Below, one piece after another: positions 44,595-55,167 of a stretch of 64,000 nucleotides of DNA. The translations under genes were made by a program, and so were the position numbers. The notes under the pieces were generated by a model. That model worked only from the letters and a program-made list of their open reading frames with translations, ran no database searches and was not told the origin of the DNA. This DNA comes from an uncultured Clostridia bacterium (GTDB lineage: Bacteria > Bacillota > Clostridia > Christensenellales > Borkfalkiaceae), in assembly GCA_947625595.1 (NCBI GenBank), contig CANQOX010000001.1, positions 2,442 to 66,441 on the forward strand, written 5' to 3'. Within the stretch, counting starts at the first letter, position 1. Each line of letters opens with the position of its first letter.

Positions 44595-47500
44595 TTACTT
44601 GTCGGTCTCTCTCTTCTTCAGGAGGATGACGGCTGCGCCGAGCATGGTGACGAATGCCGCCACGCCGCCGCCGATGCCGATGACGCTTCCGCAGCCGTTG
44701 TCGGCCTCGGAAGGCGTCTCGCCGCCGGGGGTATCAGACCCGGGGTTGTCGCCCGTCGGGTGCGCCGCCTGATAGGCCGCGAGGAGAGTCGTGTATTTGC
44801 CCTGAATGAGCAGGTTCCGATCGTCCGTTTCGAGGCCAGCGATGGCCGTCTGAAGGGAAAGGATCTCGCTGTTGAGCCCAGCTTCGTCCGTGTAAGCGTC
44901 GGGAAGCTTGTCGATGCGGGCCTGAATGTCCCTCACCGCCTTGCTTGCAAACTCCACTTTCAGGCGAAGGATGCGGTCCCTCGCCGCGGTGACGGTGGAG
45001 GTCAGATCCTGCCACTGGGCGCTCGTGACGCCGTAGTTGGTGGGATCCTGTTTGACGCCGTTGAGGGCGATGACTGCCTTGGAGACGAGGGCCTCGTCAT
45101 TGAGAGTGATCTTCTCAATGGCCTTCACCTGCTCGGCATAGCTGAGGAAGTCCTTCATCGTCTGCTCCATGGCGACGTATTTGCTGCGGGTCGCCCTGTC
45201 AACTGTCCCGAAGTAGGCCTGATAGATGACGTTGTCGTACCCCGAGATGTCGCTGTTGCTCGGAAGGATCATCGCGATGGGCTCATTCCGACCGACGAGA
45301 TCGACAAAGTTGAAGTAGGTCATCTCAAGGCCGTACATGTCGAACTGGTTGTGGAGAAGGTCATACCCCGGATCGGTCTCGGCGAGGGAGGCGCTTTCAC
45401 TATAATTGCATTCGAGCTTGGGCGCGGTGACGGAGCGGAACTCCACCGATTTGAGGGCGGTATAGCCGTAGAAGGCGTAGTCGGCGATCGTGTTGAGCGA
45501 GTCGGGCAGGACGATGGAAGTGATGTTCTTATTGGCATTGCCTGCGTAGTCGCCGATGCGGGCCGTCCCCTCCTCGACGGTGAGCGTCTGGACATTCTTG
45601 CCCGCGGGAACGGCGGTGAGCTGCTGATCGCCGTTTTGGAGAACGGTGTAGAGGACGCCGTCGACGAGCTTTGCATAGTCGTTGATCTTGCCGTCCTTCG
45701 CCTTGCTGTCACCGAAGGTGAAGTCCGTGATCCCCGTGCAGCCGAGGAAAGCGTAGTCGCCGACGCTCTTGATAGAAGTCGGGAAGTTGAAGGAGGTCAG
45801 GGAAGTCCCTTGGAAGGCCGCGGCGCCGATCGTCTCCAAAACGGGAGCCGTGAAGGAGGTGAAGGTCGCCATCTGGAAGGCATACTCCCCGACCGTCTTG
45901 AGCGCGGGGGCATCGATCGTGCCGCCAAGCGCAGTGTCCGCAAATGCGGCAAAGCCGATTTCCTTTACGGAAGCGAACGAAAGGTTCGCATTCTTCAAGG
46001 CGTAAGTCTCACTGACGCCGCTGCCCGAATGGCCCGCGGAGAGGAAGGCATTTTCGCCGATGCTCTCGACTTTGTCGAGGTTGATCTTTGACAGCCGTGC
46101 ACAGCCGACGAAGGCGTAGTCCCCCACCTTCGTGCATCCCGCGGGAAGGGTCACTTCCGTGAGGCCCGTGCAGACGCCGAAGAAATAATCAGGGATCTCG
46201 GTCCAGTTGTCGGGAATGGTGACTGTGGTGAGAAGGGTGCATCCATAGAATACGCCCATGCCGAGTTTCGTGATCGAAGCGGGCAGAGTGATGCTTGTGA
46301 AGCTGGGCCCGTAGGACGTGCTCGAGTTATTCGAGAAGGAAGTGTAGTCCATGAAGGCGCCCTCGCCGATCTCGGTGAGTTCGTCGCCGAAGGTCACTTC
46401 CGAGAGCAAAGCGCAGTCGGCAAAGGCACGCTCACCGATCTTGGTGATGTGGGTGAGGTCAGCCTTCGTCAGGGCGCGGCAGCCGTTGAAGGCCCCCGCC
46501 CCGATCTCGCCCGCGGCCTTCGAGAGGTCGATGGTAGCGAGTTTGGTATCTCCCGAGAAGCACACAGTGCCGAAGGTCACGCCGCCGTCCGTGGGCATGT
46601 TGACCTTGACGAGGTCGGTACAATACTGGAATGCGCCGAGGCCGAAGGAGGACTGTTTCCCAATGGTGACTTCGGTGAGGCCACTGCGGAAGAACGCACC
46701 TTCGCCGTAGATACCGTTATCGGCGAGTTTTACCGTCTTGAGGGCGGGGCTGATCGCAAAGGCGTAGTCCCCCACCGTCACGACTTTGTCGAGGTTCTCG
46801 ACCGTCGCAAGCAGTGCGCAGTCATTGAAGGCGCGCGTACCGACCGCCGTGCCCTCCGCCGCCGCAAAGGTGACCTTGGTCAGCTTGTCGCAGTCCGCGA
46901 AGGCATAGGCGCCGAGCTGAATGGGACCCGCAAAGGTGAGTTCGGTGATCATGGAGCCCGCAAACGCGCCGTCGGAGATGTGCTTCACATCAGCGGAAAT
47001 ATTGAGCGGGCCCGTATAAGCGTTGATCGCCGCGAGGACGATATCACTGCCCTTGAGGAGCTGTTTGCCATCGTCGCCGAGCGTGTAGACTTCACTCGAA
47101 CCGTCTGCAAACTCGAATTTGTTGAGGCCGCAACCGCTGAAGATCGCGCCCTGCGCCGAAGTGATCTCGGTGTTGGGCTTGAGCTTCACCGTGGCAAGTT
47201 TCTTACAGCCTTCGAAGACGTCATCGCCGAGGACGAAGGGCCCGTCGGGCAGGGTGATCTCGACGAGGTCCGCATTGTTTGCAAAGGCCCTGTCGGGAAT
47301 GCCGTTCTTCTCAAGGATCGCAACGGAGGTGAGGCCGCAGCCCTCGAAGATGCTCGCCGAGAGCTTGGTGAGTTCGCCGAGCACGACATTCTTGAGCCCT
47401 GTGCAACCCATGAAGGCCTCCTCGCCCGTGTTGCGAAGCCCCGTGAGGTCGATGCTCTGAAGGGCAACGCAGTTCTGGAAGGCGGCCGTGCCGATCGTGT

Positions 47501-50500
47501 AGCACTTTGCCATCTTCTGCGGCTCTGCCGTGGTCTTACTGACAAGTTTCGTGAGCTTCGAACAGCCGCTGAAGGCGCGCGCCCCGATGGCCTCGACGTC
47601 GTCGAGGTTGATGGATTCAAGTGCGACGTCCCCTGCGAAGGCGTCCTGACGGATGAACTGCACGGAGTCGGGGAGGGTCACCGTCTTGAGCTTGGTGCAG
47701 TTGTAGAAGGCGTTCTGCTGGATCTCCATGACGCCCTTCGGGACGACGACAGAGGTGATCAAACTGTTCGAGGCAGGAACGCGGTTGGCATAGATGTCAT
47801 TGTCGGGGAGTTCCTGCGCGTACTGATAGTTTATCTCATAGAGGCTGAAGCTGTAGGGTCCGATGTAGAGAATGCCCTCGTCGTCGGGAATGACGACTTC
47901 GCCACCTTCGCCGCCCGTTCCCTTGTACGCGACGAGCGTCCGCGCGTCGTCGATGACGAATTCGCTGTTGACAGTGATGCGGAGGGTCGCCATGAGCGAA
48001 GAGCCCTCGACGCGGAGCGTGATGTTGACATTGCCCTTCTTGAGAGCGGTGACAACGCCGTCCTCGTTGACCGTCGCGATGTCGGGACGGTCGGACTGAT
48101 AGGAGGTCTTGATCGAGTCTCTGACGTACCACGGCGAGACGTCGTAATGGAGCTGGAAGCTCTCCCCGGGGTATATCGCGATGCCGCCGCGGTGGGCGGT
48201 CAAGAAGATCCTGTCCCCCGTGGAACCGACGTCGCTCGGGTAGCCCGCGGTGGCGTGGGCGAAGAGCGTATCAAAGTAGGAGAAACGGATCTCCTTGAGG
48301 TTTTCCTTGGTCACATCGGCGACGTTGTCCGAGGAGAGAGGCGTGACCGCGCGGTCCGTCCCCTCTGCGGCCGTTGCCGTAGCGGAAGATTTGACATTGA
48401 TAGTGATGCTTGCCCCATAGCCCAGCATCATCTCCCTGACGGTGATCCTTGCCGAGCCCGCTTTGAGGCCGACGACCTGCCCATTCTCAACGGTCGCGAC
48501 GCGGGTATTGTTCGACTCCCACGAGAGATACTTGAGATAGTCCTTGTTCTCGTCCACGGTGGAGTCAGCGGTCGCAAGGAACTGCGTGAGGTCGAGGACC
48601 TCGTTGACGTTGATGGACTTGACGGAGAGCGTCGTGCTGTCCCATTCGCCGTCGCCCGTGAATTTGAACCTTCCCTTCGTCCCGGGGAGCTGGCAGATGA
48701 ACAGATTCTGGTTGAGCGCGTAATCCTCGATGGAGAAGGCGAGCCCGCTGGTGATCAATTCGTCAAATTTGATATCCTTCAGATAGTCGGTGATCTCGAA
48801 GCGGACGGTGATGTCCTTCCCCTTCTCGCCGTAGAGCGGAATGGGAGTGTCGCGGAGGTAGGACGGGGAAACCTTGCCCGCCTCGGGGCTGGGCGAGAAG
48901 ATAAGGGGCGTGACCGCCATGGCGTAGTTGTTGTCATACACCGTGAGGTTGATGTAATAGCGGTCCTTCTTCAGCGTCCTGTCGTAGACTTTCTCATAGG
49001 TCGCCCCCTTGATGATGGGAGCCTCGTTGTCGACCGTGAAGTCGAAGGAGAAAGTATTGCGCGCGTTCGTGGTGAGACCCGTGTCGCGGGCAAAGTCGAG
49101 CTCCCCTACCATCTTGAGTTCATACTTGCGGTTGTTCACAAGCCCGAGCTCATAGGGATAGACATGAAGCTCCTCAAAGTTCGGAATGGGCGAGCCGCCC
49201 TGCGAGAAGGCCTTGCGGCCGTTCGTCACTTCATGGGTATAGACGACCTCGCCCGTCGCCTTGTCAGTGATGGTGTAAGTCACCGTCTTGCATCCGCGGA
49301 GCATGCCCGCATAGATCGTGGAAATCCCGTCGATCGCGCCGAGCGTGTCGGAGATGGCGATGCGGTCCTCCGTCGCGGGAATGGGATCGAAGGACGTCTC
49401 GTCCATGTCATAGAGATATGTGCCGAGCGGAATGAGGTAGTTGATGTAATAGGAGCCGTAAGGCGTGGTCGCGTAGTAGTCGGCCTTGAGCTTATCCTCC
49501 TCGTCAATGCCCGCATTGTGGGCCTCGGTCTCCACTTCGTAGTAGGTCTTGTCGAAGATGGGAGCCTGCGTCCAGTCGCCGAAGAAGGCGAGGAAGGGAA
49601 CATTCAGATCGATGTCTGTTTTTTCCTTTGCCTGGAGGGTCACAAAGCCCTCGACGTACATGCCGTAAGGGAAGAGGCTGTCGATGAGCTCCTTATCCTC
49701 CTCGGAAAGGGTGTAGACGAGCTTCAGTTTCAGGGTGGATTTGGCGTTGACGGTCACGTCGGTCCCGTTGACAGTGCCCGCGCTCTCGCTTCCGCTGACG
49801 ACATTCGCCGTGAAGGTGCCGCCATCGAGCATCTGGTCGCGCTCTGCGACGTGGTCATGGTCGGCCGTGGAGACGCTCTCGGTCATACCGATGAGGCCGA
49901 GGGTGTAGCTGATGGGGCTGTCGGACGTATTGACGATGTCAAAGGTCATCGTGTAAACGCCGCTACGGGTAGGATCGTCGCCGAGCTCGATCTTGGGTCT
50001 GTCCTGAACCTCCCCTTCCTTCTCGACCTCGAGATACGCCCTCGTGTTGACGACGTTGAAGAGGCTCGCAAGCCCTGCGCCCTGCTTTCTCGGCGAGTAA
50101 GGGTTGCCCTGCTCGTTGAGAATGATGGTCGCGGTGGACATCAGGAGTTTGTTCGTGAGATTCTTGACGTTCTTCATGTAGGACGCATCGTCAGTAGCAG
50201 TCTTGCCCGTGAGCTCCTGATAATTGTCCTTGATGTACTGGCGGATCAAAATGACGACGCCGCAGAGGTTCGGGCAGGCCATGGAAGTGCCGCTGATCGT
50301 GTCGAACCTGCCGCCGGGGACGGAGGAAGTGATGTCGCCGCCGTGCGCCGTGATCTCGGGCTTTAAGGTGAGGTCGGAGAGAGGCCCCCAGCAGGAGAAA
50401 TCGGACATGAAGGGCCCCGCCTCCTGCTTATAGCAGAAGGTGAGCGTGCCCGTGCGCTTCTCTGCGAGCTTGACGCCGTCCTCCTTGGAAATGGAGATCG

Positions 50501-52247
50501 TCGGAATATGGTCGCTCTTGCCCATCGACATCAGAATGTCGCCGTCGACGTTGTTGTAGATGATACAGGCGACTGCGCCCGCATTTTTGGCCTGAAGGGC
50601 CTTGTCTTCGAAGGTGTTGTCGCCGCGGGAAACGAGGGCGATCTTGCCCTTGACGTCCACAGCCGTGTAGTTGGCACGGTAGCCGTAGCCGGGGACGGTG
50701 ACATAGTCGAGCGTATGGACGGCGTCGTTCAAGTCCCACCCCATCTTCTGATAGAGTTCGCCATAGAGGTCGTTCGCATCGCCCGAGATGCTGTTGGATT
50801 CGTTGAAGAAGACGACCTGTTCATCGTTCCCGATGAGATATTTGCTCTTGACGCCGCTGATGGAGGCGACGGAGAGCGCGGCCGTATAGGACGCGGGCGA
50901 ACCGATGGTGCCCGAGTCGGGATTGGTGACAAAGTTGGTATTGCCCTGTGCGCCGCCGTAGCCCGAGCTGAACTCGTTGCCCGCGGCGGTGATGAGGCTC
51001 GTGCCGCTCTCGTTGACTTTGTCATAGATGGTGTTGGTGATGTCGCCGTCCTTCTCCCGCGTGAAGCCGCAGGCCGCGCCGAGGGACATGTTGATCGCGT
51101 CGACGCCGAGCAGGACCGCGTCCTCCACGGCGGCGAGGATGTCCTCCGTATCCGCACCCGTGGAGAGGTCGGGGAAAACTTTCATGAGGACGAGCTGGGT
51201 GTCGATAGCGATGCCCTTGAAGGGGATCGGTTTCCCGTTCTCCGTGGGCGTCGAGCCGTCCTTCTTCTGATATTCTGTACCATAGCCGCCGATGATGCCC
51301 GCGACGTGGGTCCCGTGCTCCGAATCGAAGGGGAACACGTCGGGATCTTTGTCGGCGTAGTCGTATTTGAAGGGGATCTTCTCGCTGTAATAGACGTCAG
51401 CGACCGTGAGGCCCGCCGTGGTCTGGACGGCGTTGAGGGGCATGCCGCCGTTGATATCGGAGTCCTCGATGAGGTTGCGGATAGCATCGCGGCTATACAT
51501 GAGCGGACCTTCGGGGGTATGCGTGTTGAACACCTGATGGGAGAGGTCAAAGCCCGAGTCGAGGACGGCGACAGAGGTCCCCTTGCCCGTGTAGGGTTTG
51601 CGGTTAGGGTCTAACGCGCTCTCCGAATTGAAGATACCCGTCTCGTACACATCGACGTCGTTGACGATGGCCGAGGCGTCCGTTCCGCTCGCCTCCAGCG
51701 GGCGGGCATAGGTCTCCGAGAGGAAGACGCCGTCGCAGTAGTCCGACGCCTCGATGGCGAGGAACTTGCTGTAAGTCGTCGTGACGGCGACCGCGTTTGC
51801 GATCGTGTTGTAGCGGTAATTGACCGATTCGATGAGGCTGTTCCCCTCCAATCTGCGGATGAGATCGGTCTGGTGGGAGCGAATGGCCGCCTGTTTCTGT
51901 TTGCCCATGGGGCTCGAGGCATACTGCGCGAGCGAATAGCGCGCGGAGTACTCTTCATCGGCGAGATAGTCGTCGATGAGGGCGTCCTCGCCGAGGGAAA
52001 GGATGGCGACGACCTTGTCATCGTCCTTGTATCCCTTGTTCTCGATGAGATATTCGGCCTTGAAGCGGGCCATTTTTTCCTCGGGCGGGAGCTGATAATC
52101 GCTCTTTAAGACCGTGAGCTCCCCGCTCTCGGCGGCGGGTTCGTCCTGATCTGCCGTAGCAGACGGATCGGGAGCGCAGGCGCACAGTGCGCCCGCCCCC
52201 ATGACAGCGACCATGAAAATGGAAAATACTTTTTTGAAATTTGCCAT
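44595..52247 (-). CDS. Giant cell-envelope subtilisin-like (S8) serine protease with PA domain, Big_2 domains, about 830 aa of BspA-type LRR and a C-terminal TM anchor (2550 aa)
   Basis: Signal peptide/lipobox GALCAC. Catalytic motifs VAVLDSGFD (D230), HGTHVAGIIGG (H311), AAGNE and SGTSMACP (S655) by my residue count. A PA insert (KGKIALVSRGDNTFEDKALQAKNAGAVACIIYNN) lies between His and Ser. LRR_5 repeats span about 45.4-47.9 kb. The tail reads NGCGSVIGIGGGVAAFVTMLGAAVILLKKRETDK. Confidence 0.92.
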   Translation of the reverse strand: MANFKKVFSIFMVAVMGAGALCACAPDPSATADQDEPAAESGELTVLKSDYQLPPEEKMARFKAEYLIENKGYKDDDKVVAILSLGEDALIDDYLADEEYSARYSLAQYASSPMGKQKQAAIRSHQTDLIRRLEGNSLIESVNYRYNTIANAVAVTTTYSKFLAIEASDYCDGVFLSETYARPLEASGTDASAIVNDVDVYETGIFNSESALDPNRKPYTGKGTSVAVLDSGFDLSHQVFNTHTPEGPLMYSRDAIRNLIEDSDINGGMPLNAVQTTAGLTVADVYYSEKIPFKYDYADKDPDVFPFDSEHGTHVAGIIGGYGTEYQKKDGSTPTENGKPIPFKGIAIDTQLVLMKVFPDLSTGADTEDILAAVEDAVLLGVDAINMSLGAACGFTREKDGDITNTIYDKVNESGTSLITAAGNEFSSGYGGAQGNTNFVTNPDSGTIGSPASYTAALSVASISGVKSKYLIGNDEQVVFFNESNSISGDANDLYGELYQKMGWDLNDAVHTLDYVTVPGYGYRANYTAVDVKGKIALVSRGDNTFEDKALQAKNAGAVACIIYNNVDGDILMSMGKSDHIPTISISKEDGVKLAEKRTGTLTFCYKQEAGPFMSDFSCWGPLSDLTLKPEITAHGGDITSSVPGGRFDTISGTSMACPNLCGVVILIRQYIKDNYQELTGKTATDDASYMKNVKNLTNKLLMSTATIILNEQGNPYSPRKQGAGLASLFNVVNTRAYLEVEKEGEVQDRPKIELGDDPTRSGVYTMTFDIVNTSDSPISYTLGLIGMTESVSTADHDHVAERDQMLDGGTFTANVVSGSESAGTVNGTDVTVNAKSTLKLKLVYTLSEEDKELIDSLFPYGMYVEGFVTLQAKEKTDIDLNVPFLAFFGDWTQAPIFDKTYYEVETEAHNAGIDEEDKLKADYYATTPYGSYYINYLIPLGTYLYDMDETSFDPIPATEDRIAISDTLGAIDGISTIYAGMLRGCKTVTYTITDKATGEVVYTHEVTNGRKAFSQGGSPIPNFEELHVYPYELGLVNNRKYELKMVGELDFARDTGLTTNARNTFSFDFTVDNEAPIIKGATYEKVYDRTLKKDRYYINLTVYDNNYAMAVTPLIFSPSPEAGKVSPSYLRDTPIPLYGEKGKDITVRFEITDYLKDIKFDELITSGLAFSIEDYALNQNLFICQLPGTKGRFKFTGDGEWDSTTLSVKSINVNEVLDLTQFLATADSTVDENKDYLKYLSWESNNTRVATVENGQVVGLKAGSARITVREMMLGYGASITINVKSSATATAAEGTDRAVTPLSSDNVADVTKENLKEIRFSYFDTLFAHATAGYPSDVGSTGDRIFLTAHRGGIAIYPGESFQLHYDVSPWYVRDSIKTSYQSDRPDIATVNEDGVVTALKKGNVNITLRVEGSSLMATLRITVNSEFVIDDARTLVAYKGTGGEGGEVVIPDDEGILYIGPYSFSLYEINYQYAQELPDNDIYANRVPASNSLITSVVVPKGVMEIQQNAFYNCTKLKTVTLPDSVQFIRQDAFAGDVALESINLDDVEAIGARAFSGCSKLTKLVSKTTAEPQKMAKCYTIGTAAFQNCVALQSIDLTGLRNTGEEAFMGCTGLKNVVLGELTKLSASIFEGCGLTSVAILEKNGIPDRAFANNADLVEITLPDGPFVLGDDVFEGCKKLATVKLKPNTEITSAQGAIFSGCGLNKFEFADGSSEVYTLGDDGKQLLKGSDIVLAAINAYTGPLNISADVKHISDGAFAGSMITELTFAGPIQLGAYAFADCDKLTKVTFAAAEGTAVGTRAFNDCALLATVENLDKVVTVGDYAFAISPALKTVKLADNGIYGEGAFFRSGLTEVTIGKQSSFGLGAFQYCTDLVKVNMPTDGGVTFGTVCFSGDTKLATIDLSKAAGEIGAGAFNGCRALTKADLTHITKIGERAFADCALLSEVTFGDELTEIGEGAFMDYTSFSNNSSTSYGPSFTSITLPASITKLGMGVFYGCTLLTTVTIPDNWTEIPDYFFGVCTGLTEVTLPAGCTKVGDYAFVGCARLSKINLDKVESIGENAFLSAGHSGSGVSETYALKNANLSFASVKEIGFAAFADTALGGTIDAPALKTVGEYAFQMATFTSFTAPVLETIGAAAFQGTSLTSFNFPTSIKSVGDYAFLGCTGITDFTFGDSKAKDGKINDYAKLVDGVLYTVLQNGDQQLTAVPAGKNVQTLTVEEGTARIGDYAGNANKNITSIVLPDSLNTIADYAFYGYTALKSVEFRSVTAPKLECNYSESASLAETDPGYDLLHNQFDMYGLEMTYFNFVDLVGRNEPIAMILPSNSDISGYDNVIYQAYFGTVDRATRSKYVAMEQTMKDFLSYAEQVKAIEKITLNDEALVSKAVIALNGVKQDPTNYGVTSAQWQDLTSTVTAARDRILRLKVEFASKAVRDIQARIDKLPDAYTDEAGLNSEILSLQTAIAGLETDDRNLLIQGKYTTLLAAYQAAHPTGDNPGSDTPGGETPSEADNGCGSVIGIGGGVAAFVTMLGAAVILLKKRETDK

Positions 52248-52265
52248 GATGTCCTCTCTGAAGTT

Positions 52266-52508
52266 TTAGAATTTCAGCCACAAATACAGTAGAACCGCAA
52301 CGAGCGTGAAGCTGCCGATGACGATGAGCAGCGGCGGCAGATAGCGGGCGAAGGCGGCGCGGATGAGCGCCCAGCGCTCCTTCCCCGTCAACTGCGGGCG
52401 GTCCTTCTGTTCGGGCTGTTTGCCTGTCAGGCCCTCCATGCTATAGACGGTGTGCCCGTCGTCTACAAATTCCTGCTTTGGCTTTTTTGGTTTATCCTTG
52501 CGTGCCAT
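52266..52508 (-). CDS. Small membrane protein (80 aa; basic N-terminus, one C-terminal TM helix)
   Basis: Its ATG overlaps the end of oppF by 17 nt. TM segment LPPLLIVIGSFTLVAVLLYLWL. The SD is weak and distant (ggaga, 12 nt). Confidence 0.5.
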   Translation of the reverse strand: MARKDKPKKPKQEFVDDGHTVYSMEGLTGKQPEQKDRPQLTGKERWALIRAAFARYLPPLLIVIGSFTLVAVLLYLWLKF

Positions 52509-54003
52509 CTTGTTTCAATTTCTCCGCCACGGCCTCGGCCTCTGCGGGGGCGACTTGCTGCAGGAGCTCGAGGTATGCCGCGCGGTCCTTCTCCCCTGCG
52601 GCAAGGGCCTGATCTCTGAGCCAGTCTGCGTGCTTCTCGATCTCCGCGTCCTTCAGCCTCGCGAAGAGGGCGGCTCTCCGCTTCCCCCTCGCGAACTTCG
52701 CGGTCGGGTCGGTGAGCCTCCCGCTGACGGCTTCGAAGTACTTCGCCTTGTCGAGCCGCGCGAGGGAGTCGAGCAGGAGATCCAAAAGTTTCGCCTTGTT
52801 TGCCGTCGGAAGAGTGCGGAGCACCCAATCGAGGGCGGCGGCGGGATCCACGCGCTCGAGCTCGGGAAGGTCGGCGCCGCGGTCGGCGTTCGCGTCGAGC
52901 CGTTCAAGCAGCCAAGCGGCGTAGTCCCTGTCGATCTTCGCGGGATCGGCCATCACCTCTTTGTCGTAGAGGTGGCAGGCGACGAAGTGCCCCTCCTCCG
53001 CTTCGAGATACTTGGGGGCCATGAAGCGGCAAGCGTTCATACAATTCCTGCAACGGGTGTGGAATTTGCACCCTGCGGGAGGGTTGGCGGGGGAAGGAAT
53101 GTCCCCCTCGAGAATGATGCGGTTCATCTTCGCATCGGGGTCGGGAACGGGGACGGCCGAGAAGAGCGCCTGCGTGTAGGGATGCAGGGGATTTTTGAAG
53201 ATCGCGCCCGTTTCGCCGAGCTCCATCACGTTGCCGAGGTACATGACCATGATCTGGTCGGTGATGTACTTGACAACGGAAAGATCGTGGGAAATGAATA
53301 CATATGTGAGCCCCATCGTCTCCTGCAGTTCCTTCAGAAGGTTGATGATCTGCGCCTGAATGGAGACGTCGAGGGCGGAGACGGGCTCGTCGCAGATGAC
53401 GAGCTTGGGCTTTACCGCAAGCGCTCTCGCGATGCAGATACGCTGTCTCTGTCCGCCCGAAAATTCATGGGGATATCTGTCGTAATATTGGGGCTGGAGG
53501 CCGCACTTTTTCATGACGTCGAGCACATAGTCGTGCACTTCGTCCTTGGGAACGATGTGATGGACCTTGACGGCCTCGGCGATGATCGCGCCGACGGTCA
53601 TGCGGGGCGGAAGGCTGGAGTACGGATCCTGAAAGATGAGCTGGATGTCCGTCCTGTATTTCCGCAGGTCCTTCTTCTTGAGCGCCGAGAACTCGGTCCC
53701 CTCGAAGAAGACTTTCCCGCCGTCCACGTCATAGAGACGGAGGACGGTCCTTCCCAAAGTCGTCTTTCCGCAGCCCGATTCCCCCACCACGCCGATGGCC
53801 GTGCCCGGCATGACCGTGAAACTCACGTCGTCTACGGCGTGAAGGAAGGCCGTGGGCTTGCCGAAAAAGTTGGTCTTGACTGGGAAATACTTCTTGAGAT
53901 GTTCCACCCGAAGAATGCTCCCGTCCTCGTTCAGGGCGGGCCCCTGCGCTTCCTCATTCAGTATGGGCGTTACGGTCTCTTCTGTTTCGTTGATCGCGTC
54001 CAT
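52492..54003 (-). CDS. oppF: Opp/Dpp-type ABC ATP-binding protein (OppF-like) with approx 170-aa helical C-terminal extension
   Basis: Walker A GESGCGKTT, signature FSGGQRQR and Walker B ICDEPVSALD. The oligopeptide C-terminal Cys motif is GCKFHTRCRNC...ACHLY. An extra tail follows (DRDYAAWLLERLDANADRG...AEKLKQDGTQG). Confidence 0.9.
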   Translation of the reverse strand: MDAINETEETVTPILNEEAQGPALNEDGSILRVEHLKKYFPVKTNFFGKPTAFLHAVDDVSFTVMPGTAIGVVGESGCGKTTLGRTVLRLYDVDGGKVFFEGTEFSALKKKDLRKYRTDIQLIFQDPYSSLPPRMTVGAIIAEAVKVHHIVPKDEVHDYVLDVMKKCGLQPQYYDRYPHEFSGGQRQRICIARALAVKPKLVICDEPVSALDVSIQAQIINLLKELQETMGLTYVFISHDLSVVKYITDQIMVMYLGNVMELGETGAIFKNPLHPYTQALFSAVPVPDPDAKMNRIILEGDIPSPANPPAGCKFHTRCRNCMNACRFMAPKYLEAEEGHFVACHLYDKEVMADPAKIDRDYAAWLLERLDANADRGADLPELERVDPAAALDWVLRTLPTANKAKLLDLLLDSLARLDKAKYFEAVSGRLTDPTAKFARGKRRAALFARLKDAEIEKHADWLRDQALAAGEKDRAAYLELLQQVAPAEAEAVAEKLKQDGTQG

Positions 54004-54006
54004 TCT

Positions 54007-55164
54007 TCACTCCTTTGCGTAGAGATAGCATGCTACAGAGTGGGTATCCGATACCTTGTACTCTTCGGGGTATTCCCCGTCGCAACGGCCGAGACATCTC
54101 GTACAGCGGTTGCGGAAGTAGCAGTGGTTGGGCAGGTTGATGGGGTTGGGCACTTGCCCGGGGATGGAGTAGAGCGGCTCGCTCGCGTCGGAATCGATGA
54201 GCGGTTTGCTCTTCTGCAGGCCGATGGTGTAGGGGTGGAGAGGATCTTTGAAGATCTCCCTCACCGTGCCCCGCTCGATGACCCTGCCCGCGTACATGAC
54301 GACGACTTCGTCGGCCATTTCGGCGATGACGCCAAGGTCATGGGTGATGAGCATGATGGAACAGCCCTCCTGCTTCTGCAATTCGCGGAGCAGTTCCAGG
54401 ATCTGCGCCTGTATGGTGACGTCAAGGGCGGTCGTCGGCTCGTCTGCGATGATGAGTTTGGGCTCGCCCGCGAGCGCCATGGCGATCATGACGCGCTGGC
54501 GCATGCCGCCCGAGAGTTCGTGCGGGTAGCAGTCGTAGCAATGCTCGGGCATGGAGATGCCGACTTTCTTGAGCATTTCGATGCTGTACGCGCGCGCGTC
54601 CTCTTTCTTGATGTCGGGATGTTTGAGGAAGGAGACCTCGTCGAGCTGATATCCGACCGTAAAGACGGGATTGAGGCTCGTCATGGGCTCCTGAAAGATC
54701 ATCGTGATGTCCTTGCCGCGGATGTTGTACATCTCCTGCGTGGGCGTCCTGACGATGTCGTAGCCGAGCTTGTGTCCCTCCTCGTCATAGCCGAGCTGGT
54801 CGGAATTGAAGCGGATCTGCCCGCCGACCACCTGCCCCTGCGGGGCCTGTACGAGCTGCATAATGGAGAGCGATGTGACGCTTTTCCCGCAGCCCGACTC
54901 GCCGACGACGCCGATGACTTTGTTTTTCGGAATGTTGAAGGAGACGCCGTTCACCGACTTGACTGTGCCCGTGTCGGTGAAGAAGAAGGTCTCGAGGTTC
55001 TCGATCTCGATGAGGTTGTTCTCGTCCTTCATCGGAGCCGTGTACTCGGAGAGCGCCCTCTTCTGCCGTTTGAGCCGCTCATAGTACTTCATCTGCTGGA
55101 GATTGTACTTGATGATCCTGCGGCTCTCCTTCATGGAGATATAGTTGGAATATTTCTGTGCCAT
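54007..55164 (-). CDS. oppD: Opp/Dpp-type ABC ATP-binding protein (OppD-like) with approx 45-aa basic N-terminal extension
   Basis: [25 protein letters not shown] and [10 protein letters not shown]. The start at 55164 has SD gagga and lies 3 nt after the oppC stop. The internal Met 45 has no SD. Confidence 0.9.
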   Translation of the reverse strand: MAQKYSNYISMKESRRIIKYNLQQMKYYERLKRQKRALSEYTAPMKDENNLIEIENLETFFFTDTGTVKSVNGVSFNIPKNKVIGVVGESGCGKSVTSLSIMQLVQAPQGQVVGGQIRFNSDQLGYDEEGHKLGYDIVRTPTQEMYNIRGKDITMIFQEPMTSLNPVFTVGYQLDEVSFLKHPDIKKEDARAYSIEMLKKVGISMPEHCYDCYPHELSGGMRQRVMIAMALAGEPKLIIADEPTTALDVTIQAQILELLRELQKQEGCSIMLITHDLGVIAEMADEVVVMYAGRVIERGTVREIFKDPLHPYTIGLQKSKPLIDSDASEPLYSIPGQVPNPINLPNHCYFRNRCTRCLGRCDGEYPEEYKVSDTHSVACYLYAKE

Positions 55165-55167
55165 TGT

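Noticed and set aside
29236-52247. Diversity-generating retroelement acting on the giant surface proteins
   Set aside because: No reverse-transcriptase ORF is present. I could see no template/variable repeat pair with adenine-specific mismatches. The repeats present are in-frame tandem units.
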